A DNA stretch of 64,000 bases from Longimicrobiales bacterium (lineage in GTDB: Bacteria; Gemmatimonadota; Gemmatimonadetes; Longimicrobiales; Gaopeijiaceae). The position numbers and the translations under genes were made by a program. How positions within the stretch are numbered: the stretch's first letter is position 1; each line of letters starts with the position of its first letter. The notes beneath the pieces were generated by a model that was not told where the DNA came from, made no database searches, and saw only the letters and a program-made list of their open reading frames with translations. The stretch lies in contig CBDCNQ010000005.1 in NCBI GenBank assembly GCA_965219445.1, positions 608,001 through 672,000 on the forward strand, written 5' to 3'. Below are positions 53,705-64,000 of this stretch, one piece after another.

Positions 53705-55009
53705 TCAGCGAGTGATCGTGATCTGGTAGTCGGGATACGCTTCCATATTGTGCTCCGCCAAGTCCAGCCCCCGGCGTTCGTCTGCCGCGGACACGCGGAG
53801 TCCCATCGTCGCCTTGACCAAGGAGAAGATGATAGACGCGGCCACGAGGCAGGTAGCACCGTATGCCAAGACCCCGATGAGTTGTGTGACGAACGAGTGG
53901 TCAGCGCCGAATATGCCCACAGCCAGCGTTCCCCAGATCCCGCACGTGAGGTGCACCGAGATTGCTCCGACCGGATCATCCATCTTGATTCGGTCGAAGA
54001 ACATCACCGAGAAGACCACCAGCACACCGGCAACCGATCCGATGATAACCGAGTCCATTGCGCTGACCACGTCCGCACCCGCGGTGATCCCCACGAGGCC
54101 GGCCAGCGCCCCGTTGAGAACCATCGACGCGTCGGGATACTTATGGACGGTCCAGGTCGTCAACATGGCCGAAACGATCCCCGCGCTGGCGGCAAGACAG
54201 GTCGTCACCAAGACCAGAGATACGAGCCCCGGATCAGCGCTGAGCACGGACCCGCCGTTGAAGCCGAACCAGCCGAGCCAGAGCAGGAACATCCCGATAG
54301 CGGCCAGGGGGATGTTGTGACCCGGGATCGGGTGAATGTCACCGTTCACGTACTTCCCGAGGCGGGGTCCAAGCAGGAACACACCGACCAGTGCGGCCCA
54401 TCCCCCGACCGAGTGCACGAGCGTCGACCCGGCGAAGTCGTAGAAGCCCATCTCGTCGAGCCATCCCCCCCCCCATTTCCAAGAGCCGACGAACGGGTAT
54501 ACCAGCCCTACATAAAGGGTGGCGAACACGAGGAATGAGGCCAGTCTGATGCGCTCGGCGACGGCCCCGGAGACGATCGTGGCCGCTGTCGCCGCGAACA
54601 TCCCCTGGAAAAGGAAGTCCGTCCAGTAGGTGTAACCCTCACTGTACTGCGAAGTGAGACCGGCGGCGTCCGTCCCGATGCCGAAGCCAGCGAACCCGAA
54701 GAAGCTCCCGATTGAAAACTCTCCAGGGTACATCAGGTTGAAGCCCACGATGGCGTAGGTGAGCAATCCGATCGCGATGATGCTCACGTTCTTGAACAGA
54801 ATGTTCACGGTGTTCTTCGACTGGGTCAGTCCTATCTCCAGGGTCGAAAACCCCAGGTGCATGATGAATACCAAGAAGGTGGCAACCATCATCCACGTGT
54901 TGTTGACCGTGAACATCGCGTCCGCCGCGGTTTGGGCCGCCGCCGGTACGGGCGCTACCGCTGCAAGAAGCAGCGGAAGAATCAGTAATGATTTACGTGA
55001 AAGTTGCAT
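53705..55009 (-). CDS. amt: Ammonium transporter
   Basis: DFAGSTLVH, GWFGFNGGS, DDPVGAISVH. Confidence 0.95.
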   Translation of the reverse strand: MQLSRKSLLILPLLLAAVAPVPAAAQTAADAMFTVNNTWMMVATFLVFIMHLGFSTLEIGLTQSKNTVNILFKNVSIIAIGLLTYAIVGFNLMYPGEFSIGSFFGFAGFGIGTDAAGLTSQYSEGYTYWTDFLFQGMFAATAATIVSGAVAERIRLASFLVFATLYVGLVYPFVGSWKWGGGWLDEMGFYDFAGSTLVHSVGGWAALVGVFLLGPRLGKYVNGDIHPIPGHNIPLAAIGMFLLWLGWFGFNGGSVLSADPGLVSLVLVTTCLAASAGIVSAMLTTWTVHKYPDASMVLNGALAGLVGITAGADVVSAMDSVIIGSVAGVLVVFSVMFFDRIKMDDPVGAISVHLTCGIWGTLAVGIFGADHSFVTQLIGVLAYGATCLVAASIIFSLVKATMGLRVSAADERRGLDLAEHNMEAYPDYQITITR

Positions 55010-55080
55010 GGGTGGTCTTTCCTCCATCCGGTCCCGTGGACAACTGCATGCGTTGAGACACGCTATAGGTTGCGCCGCTG

Positions 55081-55095
55081 GCAAAGCGTGTGCCA
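55081..55095 (-). promoter_or_regulatory. Sigma54 -24/-12 promoter
   Basis: TGGCAC-N5-TTGC. Confidence 0.85.
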
Positions 55096-55234
55096 GAATT
55101 CCAAAACCGGAGAAAACCCTTTATATGTAAGGAGTTTTTCGAACTTGGGGACTTCGGAGGATCGTTCTCTAACGCAGGGAAAATCCTACGCTGCGGTAGG
55201 ACCAGGAGGCGAACCCACAAGAATGTAAGGAGCC

Positions 55235-55460
55235 TGAAAACGCCCACCGCCAGGGTTCCCCAGATCCCGCACGTCGGATGCACCGAGATCGTTCCCACCG
55301 GATCGTCCATCTTCGGTTGAACAACATCACCGAGAAGGCCACGATCACACCGGCAACCGCTCCGATGATCGCCGAGCCCGTTACGCTGATCGCGTCCGCA
55401 CCCGTGGTGATCCCCACGAGGCCGGCCAGCGCCCCGTTGAAAGCCATCGATGCGTCGGGA
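55235..55460 (-). pseudogene. Internal amt fragment paralogous to 53915-54140
   Basis: NGALAGLVGIT..; DDPVGTISVH..CGIWGTLAVG with a frameshift. Confidence 0.85.
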
Positions 55461-55508
55461 TGCTATGGGAGACCCCATGCCGCAGCCTGCCTGTGCCCCT
55501 GACGTCCC

Positions 55509-55859
55509 CTAGCCCACTGGCGTGACCGCCGCCGTATCCCGATCCCCGGTTCGGATCCGGTGGACCTGATCCACCGGACACACGAAGATCTTCCCGTCTC
55601 CAACCTCGTCCGTGCGCGCAGAACGCAGGATCGCCTCCACGACCGTGTCAGTGAACCCGTCCGATACGCCGATGTCCAGCAGAACTTTCTCCTGCAGCTC
55701 CATCATGACCGTCGTTCCCCGGTAGGTCGCCACCGGAGTGGTCTCACCTCCGTGGCCCTGGACCCGGGACACAGTGATTCCCCGCACATCCGCCTGGAAT
55801 AGCGCCTTCATCACATCGTTCAGCTTTTCCGGGCGAATGATGGCCTTGATCAACTTCAT
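55509..55859 (-). CDS. glnK: P-II nitrogen regulator
   Basis: MKLIKAIIRPEKL, YRG, GDGKIF. Confidence 0.9.
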   Translation of the reverse strand: MKLIKAIIRPEKLNDVMKALFQADVRGITVSRVQGHGGETTPVATYRGTTVMMELQEKVLLDIGVSDGFTDTVVEAILRSARTDEVGDGKIFVCPVDQVHRIRTGDRDTAAVTPVG

Positions 55860-55883
55860 CTGGGTTTCCTCTCTGTGTGGGGT

Positions 55884-57296
55884 TCAGACTGTGTCCGAGT
55901 GCGCAGAAGCCGTGGAGGCCGTCGGCGGCGTGCTGGGCGAGGACTCCGCGCCCGACCCCCCATTCATCTCCTCGTCCAGGAGGAGGACGGCCCCGCCGCT
56001 ACTTGCGTACGCTTCCTCTCCGTGGTTCAGGAGGTCCATGCCACGGGCTTCCTCTTTCTCAGAAGGCCGAAGCGGGGCAACGAGTCCGATCACCTTCAGG
56101 ATGACGAAGGTCATGGCTCCGCAGTACACGGCGACGGCGAGAATGGCGACCACCTGTATGCCGACTTGGGCGGGATTGCCAAAAAGGAGCCCGTCGTACG
56201 CGCCGTTTATCGCGGCGCTGGCGAAGACCCCGGTGAGGATCGCGCCGCTGATGCCGCCTATCCCGTGCGCCGCGAACACGTCGAGGGAGTCATCCAGGCG
56301 GGTGCGCGTACGCCATTGAAGGACAAAGTAGCTGGGAACGGCCGAGATGGCGCCCAGCACGAGCGCATATGCCGGAGAGATGAACCCCGACGCCGGCGTG
56401 ATCGCCACCAATCCGACAACGATTGCGGTCGCTACGCCCACCGCGGTGACGTTCCCCGTACGGAAGTGATCCAGCAGCGCCCAGACGACGAGCGCCGCGG
56501 CGGGGGCCAGAAGAGTATTCACGAAGGCCAGCGCCGCGATGCCGTCCGAGGCAAGCGCGCTCCCACCATTGAATCCGAACCACCCGAACCAGAGGAGCCC
56601 CGCGCCAAGGAGCACAAATGGAACGTTGTGAGGCAGCAGTGCGGTTCGTGCGTACTCGTGTCGGCTTCCCAACACGAGGGCAGCCACGAGCGCGGCAACC
56701 CCCGCGTTCACATGCACGACCGTTCCGCCCGCGAAGTCCAGCGCGCCCAGCTCGCCCAACCATCCGCCACCCCAGACCCAGTGCGCTACGGGGGCATAGA
56801 CCACGAGGCCCCAGATCGCGATGAAGGCCACGTAAGGCACGAAGCGCATACGGCCGATCAGAGCGCCGGAAATGAGCGCCGCGGTGATGATGGCGAAAGT
56901 TGCCTGGAACGCCATGAAGAGTATGTGGGGGATCGTCCCGTTGGGCTCGGTACCGACTCCGCGCAGCATCGCCATCGAGAAGTCACCCACGAGCATGGTC
57001 CCGCCCCCGAAGGCGAGCGAGTACGCCAGCACCGCCCAGAGCACCGCTGACACGCCGAGCGCGACGAAGCTCATCATCATCGTGTTCAGGGCGTTCCTGG
57101 AGTTCACGAGGCCACCATAGAAAAAGGCGAGCCCCGGGGTCATGAGGAGAACCAGCGCCGTCGAGATCAGCATCCAACTAGTGTCGGCTCCCGAGATCGC
57201 GCCCTCCGCCTGGGCCGCCGCCGAAGCGGGCGCTACCGCCGCGTACAGCAGCGGAAGAACGAAAAGAATGACTAGTGATTTGCGTGAGAGCTGCAT
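55884..57296 (-). CDS. amtB: Ammonium transporter AmtB
   Basis: MTPGLAFFYGG, DFAGGTVVH, DDSLDVFAAH. Confidence 0.95.
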   Translation of the reverse strand: MQLSRKSLVILFVLPLLYAAVAPASAAAQAEGAISGADTSWMLISTALVLLMTPGLAFFYGGLVNSRNALNTMMMSFVALGVSAVLWAVLAYSLAFGGGTMLVGDFSMAMLRGVGTEPNGTIPHILFMAFQATFAIITAALISGALIGRMRFVPYVAFIAIWGLVVYAPVAHWVWGGGWLGELGALDFAGGTVVHVNAGVAALVAALVLGSRHEYARTALLPHNVPFVLLGAGLLWFGWFGFNGGSALASDGIAALAFVNTLLAPAAALVVWALLDHFRTGNVTAVGVATAIVVGLVAITPASGFISPAYALVLGAISAVPSYFVLQWRTRTRLDDSLDVFAAHGIGGISGAILTGVFASAAINGAYDGLLFGNPAQVGIQVVAILAVAVYCGAMTFVILKVIGLVAPLRPSEKEEARGMDLLNHGEEAYASSGGAVLLLDEEMNGGSGAESSPSTPPTASTASAHSDTV

Positions 57297-57374
57297 GGGT
57301 GGTCTTTCCTCCAGTCGGTCCCCGGGGCAACTGCATGCACCAAGACGCGCACGCAGCACATGCAACCGCCATTG

Positions 57375-57389
57375 GCAAGGCGTATGCCA
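57375..57389 (-). promoter_or_regulatory. Sigma54 -24/-12 promoter
   Basis: TGGCAT-N5-TTGC. Confidence 0.82.
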
Positions 57390-57538
57390 TGATACTCAAA
57401 ACTGGAGACAACCCTTTATTTATAAGGGGAATTCCCATTTTTGGGGGCTTCAGAGGAGCGTTTTAGGGACGGGAAATCCTACGCTGCGGTAGGACCAGGA
57501 GGTGAACCCACAAGAATGTAGGCACGAGTTCGGAGGGA

Positions 57539-59056
57539 TCAGGTCAATCCGTATTTCTCGACACGAAGGCCCATGATCCGCTCGGTAATGCCCAGCTGCC
57601 GGGCGGCGGCCGCGCGGTTGCCCTTTTTCACCTTGAGGGCGTCGATGATCAGCTCTTTTTCCAGCACGTCCAGCTGCACGTTGAGGGGTCCGGACCGCTC
57701 CTCGTCGACCTTGGCCATCTGAAGGCTGGGCGGGAGCAAGCGAGCGTGGATGACCGGTCCATCGGCAAGCAATACCGCCCGCTCGATGGCGTTCTCCAGC
57801 TCTCTGACATTTCCCGGCCAATGATAGGCCATGAAGAGATCGATCGCGGGCGTGGACAGCCGTACGATGGACCGCTCGTGCCTCCGCCCGTACTTCTCGA
57901 TGAAGTGATCCGCCAAGAGAATGATGTCGGTACGGCGCTCCCGCAGCGGCGGCACATGAATCGGAAACACGTTGAGGCGATAGTAGAGATCGGCCCGGAA
58001 CCGACCCACCTCCATGTCCCGCTCGAGGGGACGGTTGCTCGCCGCGACAACGCGGACGTCGGTCTTCAACACCGTACTGCTACCGACCCGCTCGAACTCC
58101 CGCTCCTGTAGGACCCGGAGAAGCCGGAGTTGGATCGCACCCGTGAGGTCACCGATTTCATCGAGGAAAATGGTTCCTCCCGACGCACGTTCGAACCGCC
58201 CCTCTCTCTGCTGCACCGCACCGCTGAAGGCACCTTTCTCGTGGCCGAAGAGTTCACTCTCGATGAGGCTCTCCGGAAGCGCAGCGCAGTTGACCCGTAC
58301 GAAGGGGCCCTCCGACCGTCGACTCCCGTAGTGAACCGCCTGCGCGATGAGTTCCTTTCCTGTGCCACTTTCACCCCGGATCAGCACCGTAGCATCGCTT
58401 TGGGCGACCTGGCCGATCATTTCGTACACCGGCGCCATTTCGCGCGAATTGCCCACGATGTTGGACGGCTGGTAACGGTCGGCAAGCTCCCTCCGCAGGC
58501 GCTGGTTCTCCTCCATCAACGCCTTCTCTTCCTCGTCGAACTGGCCGAGGCGTACGACGTGGGCAATGAGAGAGGCGAGGATCGAAAGGATGCGGATGTC
58601 CTCGTCGAAAGAGTTATCGAGCCTGTACGGCCGCTCGGCGCTCAGGGCCCCGATCGTCTCATTCCCAAGCCGAACCGGTACGCAGACGAAGGCCAACTCG
58701 CTCTCTGGGCGATCCTGTAAAGGACGAGTGCGGCCCAGGAAAAGCGGCTCGGCGGCGATGGAGGGTACGACAACGGGCTCGCCGGTCTGGACGACACGCC
58801 CCGTGATCCCCTCACCCAAGCGGTATCTCCCACGCTCTCGCTGGTCGGCGGAGAGGCCGATCGCCTCGTGAACCAAGATCTCGGAAGTCCGGCGGTTCAG
58901 GACGGTGAGCGTCGCGCACTCCACATCCATATGGCGTGAAAGTGCCTCGAGAATCGGCTTCATGGACGTACTCAAGTCCGAAGCCTCGTCGAGGACGGTG
59001 CTGGCTTCGTGAAGAAGCGACAGCGACCGGGATTGTCCGATGGAATTCGCCAACAT
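57539..59056 (-). CDS. NifA-like GAF-AAA+-HTH sigma54 activator
   Basis: [34 protein letters not shown], Fis-type HTH. Confidence 0.93.
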   Translation of the reverse strand: MLANSIGQSRSLSLLHEASTVLDEASDLSTSMKPILEALSRHMDVECATLTVLNRRTSEILVHEAIGLSADQRERGRYRLGEGITGRVVQTGEPVVVPSIAAEPLFLGRTRPLQDRPESELAFVCVPVRLGNETIGALSAERPYRLDNSFDEDIRILSILASLIAHVVRLGQFDEEEKALMEENQRLRRELADRYQPSNIVGNSREMAPVYEMIGQVAQSDATVLIRGESGTGKELIAQAVHYGSRRSEGPFVRVNCAALPESLIESELFGHEKGAFSGAVQQREGRFERASGGTIFLDEIGDLTGAIQLRLLRVLQEREFERVGSSTVLKTDVRVVAASNRPLERDMEVGRFRADLYYRLNVFPIHVPPLRERRTDIILLADHFIEKYGRRHERSIVRLSTPAIDLFMAYHWPGNVRELENAIERAVLLADGPVIHARLLPPSLQMAKVDEERSGPLNVQLDVLEKELIIDALKVKKGNRAAAARQLGITERIMGLRVEKYGLT

Positions 59057-59305
59057 CGACCCTCTCCTACATACTAAAGCACGGACCGCAGAGCCCGCCT
59101 GCTCCCGGCTAACAACGGGGGCCCTCAGAGGGCCGAGCGGGTGTGAACGCATCAAGCTACATAAATGTAGGGGCTGGCGCACAGCGTGTGGGCGTGCATA
59201 GGGTCGACGGGGCCGTTACTCCCTATTAAAGGTAAGAGCGATAAAGGTAGGAGCGGGGCTGCTCGATCCAGTAATGGATCGGAGCAGCCCCGGCCAATGC
59301 TACCG

Positions 59306-59965
59306 TCAGTTGACGTCGATATCGAACGTATGGCTGATGCCAAAAACGATGGTGTGGTCATCGACATCGGGAGTTCCGAGGATATCGTCGGTGCTGTAGA
59401 TCCAAGACGCCGTTAAGTCGAAATCCCCTACCGATAGGACGTATCCGGCCTCGTAATACTCACCGTCATGGTTGGCCCCGTCAGCATCGTCACCGAACAT
59501 GCCGAAGGTGGCGTAGAGCCCTCTTTCTTCCACGGTGACGGCAAGGAACCAGTAATCATGGGCGTCAGGTTCTGTCCTATGGCTGCCGTAGGAAAACTCA
59601 CCGGAAAGCGGTCCGTAGCCAATGTTTAAGTTCCCCTCCAGGTAGGTGTTGTCGAAGGCGTCGTCCGTGTAGAAATACCCCGTGCCACCGACGCTGACGC
59701 TGAAGTCATCCACCTCATGGCCAACACCGGCGTAGACATCGACCTCGTTACCGGGTGCCACACCCGCCGCCCAAGTGCCCAGATATACTTTACTGACAGC
59801 CAAGTCTAGGCCCGCACTGGCGGAGGACGCCGCCTGAGGGATTCCGCGGTAGAGATAATCGGAGGCAAAGCCCACGTTCGCCGATAACTCCGCGTCCTGG
59901 GCTACGCCGACGAGCGGGGTAACCAAGGCGGCCACCAACACCACCGCACCTATGCTCAATTTCAT
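59306..59965 (-). CDS. TorF/Gcw_chp-family putative porin
   Basis: Signal peptide, SDYLYRG, GTWA, EVDVYAG. Confidence 0.8.
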   Translation of the reverse strand: MKLSIGAVVLVAALVTPLVGVAQDAELSANVGFASDYLYRGIPQAASSASAGLDLAVSKVYLGTWAAGVAPGNEVDVYAGVGHEVDDFSVSVGGTGYFYTDDAFDNTYLEGNLNIGYGPLSGEFSYGSHRTEPDAHDYWFLAVTVEERGLYATFGMFGDDADGANHDGEYYEAGYVLSVGDFDLTASWIYSTDDILGTPDVDDHTIVFGISHTFDIDVN

Positions 59966-60054
59966 TCGTTACTCTCCTCGAAACGTGATGGAGCGTAACG
60001 AGCGGCGACGTCCACCATTCGGGCTGCTCCAGAACCAATCGGAGCGACACAAAT

Positions 60055-60069
60055 GCGAGTCTCGTGCCA
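60055..60069 (-). promoter_or_regulatory. Sigma54 -24/-12 promoter
   Basis: TGGCAC-N5-TCGC, 90 bp upstream of the porin start. Confidence 0.7.
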
Positions 60070-60253
60070 AGAATCACAAACCCGAGGGCAAGACGTGTTA
60101 TCCAGTTGACGGACAACCACCTAGAGACATCGAGCCACAGAAAATGGGAACGTCTCCATCATACGAGACGGTGGGACGGTCGCTTTTTCCTACCAAAATG
60201 TAGGACTACTAAGGAGGCTACCAACTGCGTGACCCTCGGGCCTCGGCCCAGTT

Positions 60254-61567
60254 CTAGCGCAGGTCGCCCAAAACCTCCCGGAGCGTCCCCAAGACCTCGG
60301 CGGCCTGGGCCTCGGAAAACACCAGAGGTGGCCGGAGGCGAATGGACCGCGGTCCGCACGAGAGGATCGCGAGGCCTCGGTCCCAGCATCCCTGCACGAC
60401 CCGGCCACGCACGTCTCCGTCTGGCAAGTCGAAGGCCACCAGCAGCCCCCTACCCCGCACATTCGAGACGCTCTCGAATTCCCCGGCCAGGGCTTCCAGC
60501 CCCTCGTTGAGGGTGGCACCTACACGAGCGGCGTTTTCCAAAAGACCGTCCTCGTGGATGATCTCCAGGTAGCGAACACAACGGACCATGTCGGTGAGGT
60601 TACCCCCCCAAGTGGAGTTGATCCGGCTCGACACGTGGAAGACGTTTGACTCGATTTCGTCGATGCGCCGCGTGCTCATCATGCCGCAAACTTGTGTCTT
60701 CTTTCCGAATGAGATGAGGTCGGGCACGACGCCACTCTGTTCGTACGCCCACATCGTCCCGGTCGCGCCCAAACCCGTCTGAACCTCATCGAAGATCAGT
60801 AGCGCCTCATGCCGATCCGCGTATACCCTGAGCCTGGCGAAGAACTCGGGGCGAAAGTGATGGTCCCCACCCTCCGCCTGGATGGGCTCGATGAGGATTG
60901 CGGCTATGCCGTCCGGATCATGCTCGAAAGCGGATTCGATCTCGCCACATGCCGATTGCTCCTTGGCCGCAACGGCTTCTTCGTCTATCGGAAAGTCGAT
61001 ATACGGGCTGGAAATCCGTGGCCAGTCGAACTGCGGGAAATCATCCGTCTTGGTCGGATCCGTATTCGTGACCGAAAGCGTATAGCCAGTCCGGCCATGG
61101 AAGGCATCCCGGAAGTGGAGAATCTTGTCCGCTCCACCCGAGACGCCACGCGCCCGGTTCTTCTGAGCTTTCCAGTCGAAGGCCGCCTTCATGCTGTTCT
61201 CCACCGCGAGCCCACCACCAGCCACGAAAAAGAGGTATCGGAATTCGGCCGGAACGGCCAAATCTCGGAATGATTTGACGAAAGCCGCAAACTCCCGGGA
61301 GTAGGTATCACTGTTCGATGGATTTGACAGCGCCGCCGTCATCAGGGACTCCCGAAATCCCTCGTCCCTCAACTTGGGATGATTGTGACCCACCGGGAGG
61401 GTGGCGAAGTACCCATAGCAATCCAGATATTCCTTCCCTTCCAATGCATCGACGATGACCGCACCGTGGGACTTCTCGAGATCGATGACCAGGTGGAACC
61501 CGTCCACGAGGATGTTTTCCTTCAAGACCGGGAAGACCTCCTCGGCCGGGATTTCGACCCTGGGCAT
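60254..61567 (-). CDS. lat: L-lysine 6-aminotransferase (class III PLP)
   Basis: AFHGRTGY, EPIQAEGG, DEVQTG, FGKK, INSTWGG. Confidence 0.9.
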   Translation of the reverse strand: MPRVEIPAEEVFPVLKENILVDGFHLVIDLEKSHGAVIVDALEGKEYLDCYGYFATLPVGHNHPKLRDEGFRESLMTAALSNPSNSDTYSREFAAFVKSFRDLAVPAEFRYLFFVAGGGLAVENSMKAAFDWKAQKNRARGVSGGADKILHFRDAFHGRTGYTLSVTNTDPTKTDDFPQFDWPRISSPYIDFPIDEEAVAAKEQSACGEIESAFEHDPDGIAAILIEPIQAEGGDHHFRPEFFARLRVYADRHEALLIFDEVQTGLGATGTMWAYEQSGVVPDLISFGKKTQVCGMMSTRRIDEIESNVFHVSSRINSTWGGNLTDMVRCVRYLEIIHEDGLLENAARVGATLNEGLEALAGEFESVSNVRGRGLLVAFDLPDGDVRGRVVQGCWDRGLAILSCGPRSIRLRPPLVFSEAQAAEVLGTLREVLGDLR

Positions 61568-61857
61568 GTCGCTCTCCTTGGGCGATGAGTGTGTAACACA
61601 AGAGCAGCAAGTCCGAAGATGACGAGAACCCGAGGAGCGGGCAGGACTACGGAATCCGATGTCGGCAAGACACCGGCGCGCCGGGTTCAGTCCCGGCCGC
61701 GGTCGGGCGGAGCGAAGATTGCAGGTCGGGCATCGACGGGGCGTAATGTCATCGTGAAACGTAATGTAGTGTGGTTTTGTAAAAGTGTCTCTGGCAGGCT
61801 AGCCTCCGGGGATTCGGGAGCCCCAAGGGGCTTTCTTCCTCCGGCACGGAAATCTCA

Positions 61858-62709
61858 TTGACCACCACCACCCAAGCGCAGGACGAGCCCGAGACAGGTC
61901 CAGTTCTTCCGGGGCTCCTCGTGGATCCCAATTGGTTGGAGGACCAAATCGATGATGCGCATCTGCGGATCGCGGATCTCCGGGATCAGGACGCGTACGC
62001 CGGCGGGCACATCCCCGGGGCCGTCCAGTTGGATCTCGAAGACCTCGGTCGCAATCTGGACGGTTGCGACAACGTCCTATTGCCCCCCGCCGAGTTTGAG
62101 GGCGTCATCACACGACTCGGGATCTCCAACCAGGACACCGTTGTGGCGTACGACGACCACTGGGGCTTGCCGTCGGCCCGGCTCATCTGGGCCCTGCATC
62201 ACTACGGGAAGCGGGCGGCCGGCGTGCTGAACGGTGGTTGGGACCGATGGCAGGAGGAGGGGCGGCCCATGACAGTTGGGCTAACGTCATCCGGTCCGAC
62301 GGCAGGGGAAACGGACGCCTTCGAGGTGCGCCTGAACCCCGACCTGGCCGCCGATTACGAATGGATCGCCGCCGGTGTGGCTCGCGGAAACGCCGTCCTG
62401 CTGGACACGCGGTCGCCCGTCGAGTTCGATCAGGGGCACTTGCCCGGAGCAATATCCTGGGATTGGTTCAACGCAGTCCCCGACGGATCGTGGGACTGTT
62501 CCCGAGACGCAGGCGAGCTTCGGTCGGAGCTCATCGCGCTCGGAATGCGTCCGTCCGACGAGGTCGTCGTCTACTGTAGATCGGGAATGCGGGCGGCGCA
62601 CACCTACGTCGTGCTACGGAACGCCGGCTTCCCCCGAGTTCGGTTGTACGACGGTTCGTGGCAGGATTGGGACATGAGAGGCACGTCCGGCCGAGCTAGC
62701 GAGGGATGA
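61858..62709 (+). CDS. Two-domain rhodanese sulfurtransferase
   Basis: GHIPGA, YCRSGMRA, YDGSW. Confidence 0.92.
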   Translation: MTTTTQAQDEPETGPVLPGLLVDPNWLEDQIDDAHLRIADLRDQDAYAGGHIPGAVQLDLEDLGRNLDGCDNVLLPPAEFEGVITRLGISNQDTVVAYDDHWGLPSARLIWALHHYGKRAAGVLNGGWDRWQEEGRPMTVGLTSSGPTAGETDAFEVRLNPDLAADYEWIAAGVARGNAVLLDTRSPVEFDQGHLPGAISWDWFNAVPDGSWDCSRDAGELRSELIALGMRPSDEVVVYCRSGMRAAHTYVVLRNAGFPRVRLYDGSWQDWDMRGTSGRASEG

Positions 62710-63944
62710 CGGAGAAGAATGGCATGAAGACAACCGTGGGCCCCGCCGCGACCAAAAACTCGGCCCTCGCGCTGATCGCCTGGGCGACGGCGGCCGGGGT
62801 GTACCTGACGGCTCACGCTGTGGACACCGAGTTTTCAATGTTCTGGATGTTCGGGCTCGCGTTCGGATTCGTCCTTCAGCGAGGGCGTTTCTGCTTTGCG
62901 TCGGCATTCCGAGACATCTTCCTGCTGGGACACGCCCGCAACATGAAGGGGGTTCTCATGGGCCTCGCGGTGGGCGCCGTCGGGTTCGGGCTCATCATGG
63001 GCCGCCAGGTGCCCCGGACCTCTCTGGGCATCTATCCTCCCTCGGCCAACGTGCTGCCACTCGGAATCCACACGGTCTTCGGCGGGCTCCTATTCGGCGT
63101 AGGGATGGTGCTCGCCGGCGGATGCGTTTCAGGCAGCATCTACCGAATGGGAGAGGGATACGTAGCCTCTTGGGTGGCGTTCGCGGGGGTTACGGGTGGG
63201 CTGCTGTTATCGGCGCACACGTGGAATTGGTGGTGGGAAGCGCACATCGAGGCGGCTCCGCGCTTTTGGCTGCCTCACTTGGTGGGACACCCGGGAGCAC
63301 TGGTCGTCACGTTGCTGGCGCTGGCCGCCGTCTACGTGTGGGTCCTTTCGATCGAGCACCGAGCCGGCATGGTCGTCCCCTCGCTGCCGGAAGCCCGTCC
63401 ACAGCCCGAGAGCGTCGGCGAGGATCTCAAGTCGGCGGCGCGACGGTTGTTCGTGCAAGCCTGGCCCGTGCTTCCCGCGGGGGCCGTTCTGGGCGGCCTC
63501 AACGTTTTGCTCTTCATGACCCAAGAGCCCTGGGGCTTTACTGGAGAGGTGTCACGCTGGTCCATCGGGATGGCCTCGCTCGTCAACGCCGCGCCCGGAC
63601 CCCTGGCCGGCGTAGAGTCGCTGCCCGGCTGCGTTCTGGTGCCCTCGGACGGAAATTTCTTCAACCATATGCTTTTCCTGGTCGTGGGAATGTTCTTCGG
63701 CTCTTTCGCCGCCGCTCTCGGTGCCGGAGAATTCAAGCTTCGAGTTCCGAGGCGCCCTATGCGGTACGGTCAGTCACTCGGAGGCGGGGTGATCATGGGG
63801 TATGGTTCCGGAATCGGTATGGGATGCACCGTAGGGGCCTTCTTCTCGGCAATCCCGTCGCTGGCGGTGAACGGATGGGTGTTCGGGGGGTTCCTTGCGA
63901 TTGGCGCCTGGATCGGCACTTTGATCATTCAGAGAATCCAATAG
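62706..63944 (+). CDS. YeeE/YedE sulfur-compound transporter
   Basis: RFCF, GGCVSG, GCTVG motifs; multi-TM. Confidence 0.9.
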   Translation: MTEKNGMKTTVGPAATKNSALALIAWATAAGVYLTAHAVDTEFSMFWMFGLAFGFVLQRGRFCFASAFRDIFLLGHARNMKGVLMGLAVGAVGFGLIMGRQVPRTSLGIYPPSANVLPLGIHTVFGGLLFGVGMVLAGGCVSGSIYRMGEGYVASWVAFAGVTGGLLLSAHTWNWWWEAHIEAAPRFWLPHLVGHPGALVVTLLALAAVYVWVLSIEHRAGMVVPSLPEARPQPESVGEDLKSAARRLFVQAWPVLPAGAVLGGLNVLLFMTQEPWGFTGEVSRWSIGMASLVNAAPGPLAGVESLPGCVLVPSDGNFFNHMLFLVVGMFFGSFAAALGAGEFKLRVPRRPMRYGQSLGGGVIMGYGSGIGMGCTVGAFFSAIPSLAVNGWVFGGFLAIGAWIGTLIIQRIQ

Positions 63945-64000
63945 AGTGCGAGCCTGATGCACCGAGCAGAGCCCAGGTAAGCGATGAAGCGATGACGCCC

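Noticed and set aside
57539..59056. nifA as evidence of nitrogen fixation
   Set aside because: No nif genes in the window; the architecture is shared by many sigma54 activators

Overview
High-GC bacterial window with two parts. (1) About 1-49.7 kb is a mosaic mobile/defence island. It holds four intact P4-like and one XerC-like tyrosine integrase (two P4-like copies lie in a direct repeat of at least 1332 bp, 40.6 kb apart), six ColE1/MOB-P5 oriT-like motifs and a broken mbeA/B/D module. Its cargo is a type IIG restriction-modification gene split by an IS110, an intact MmeI-like enzyme, two uncharacterised PD-(D/E)XK-fold proteins, Fic, a broken OLD-like ATPase, HigBA, DUF429, an AbiEi-like antitoxin, and a Myxococcus-type I-B CRISPR-Cas locus with cas1 truncated, cas2 absent and a 12-repeat array hit by IS256 and IS21. 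Both IS110-family elements carry readable bridge-RNA-like non-coding ends whose guide segments match their own donor junction and insertion site. One sits in the terminal inverted repeat of an IS256; the other sits in the RM gene and takes its stop codon from the target. (2) About 49.8-64 kb is ordinary chromosome: PpiC, M50 peptidase, thioredoxin-like protein, GreA, a sigma54 nitrogen cluster (two amt-PII pairs, NifA-like activator, TorF-like porin, lysine 6-aminotransferase), rhodanese and YeeE/YedE. All calls come from reading motifs by eye; no searches were run.
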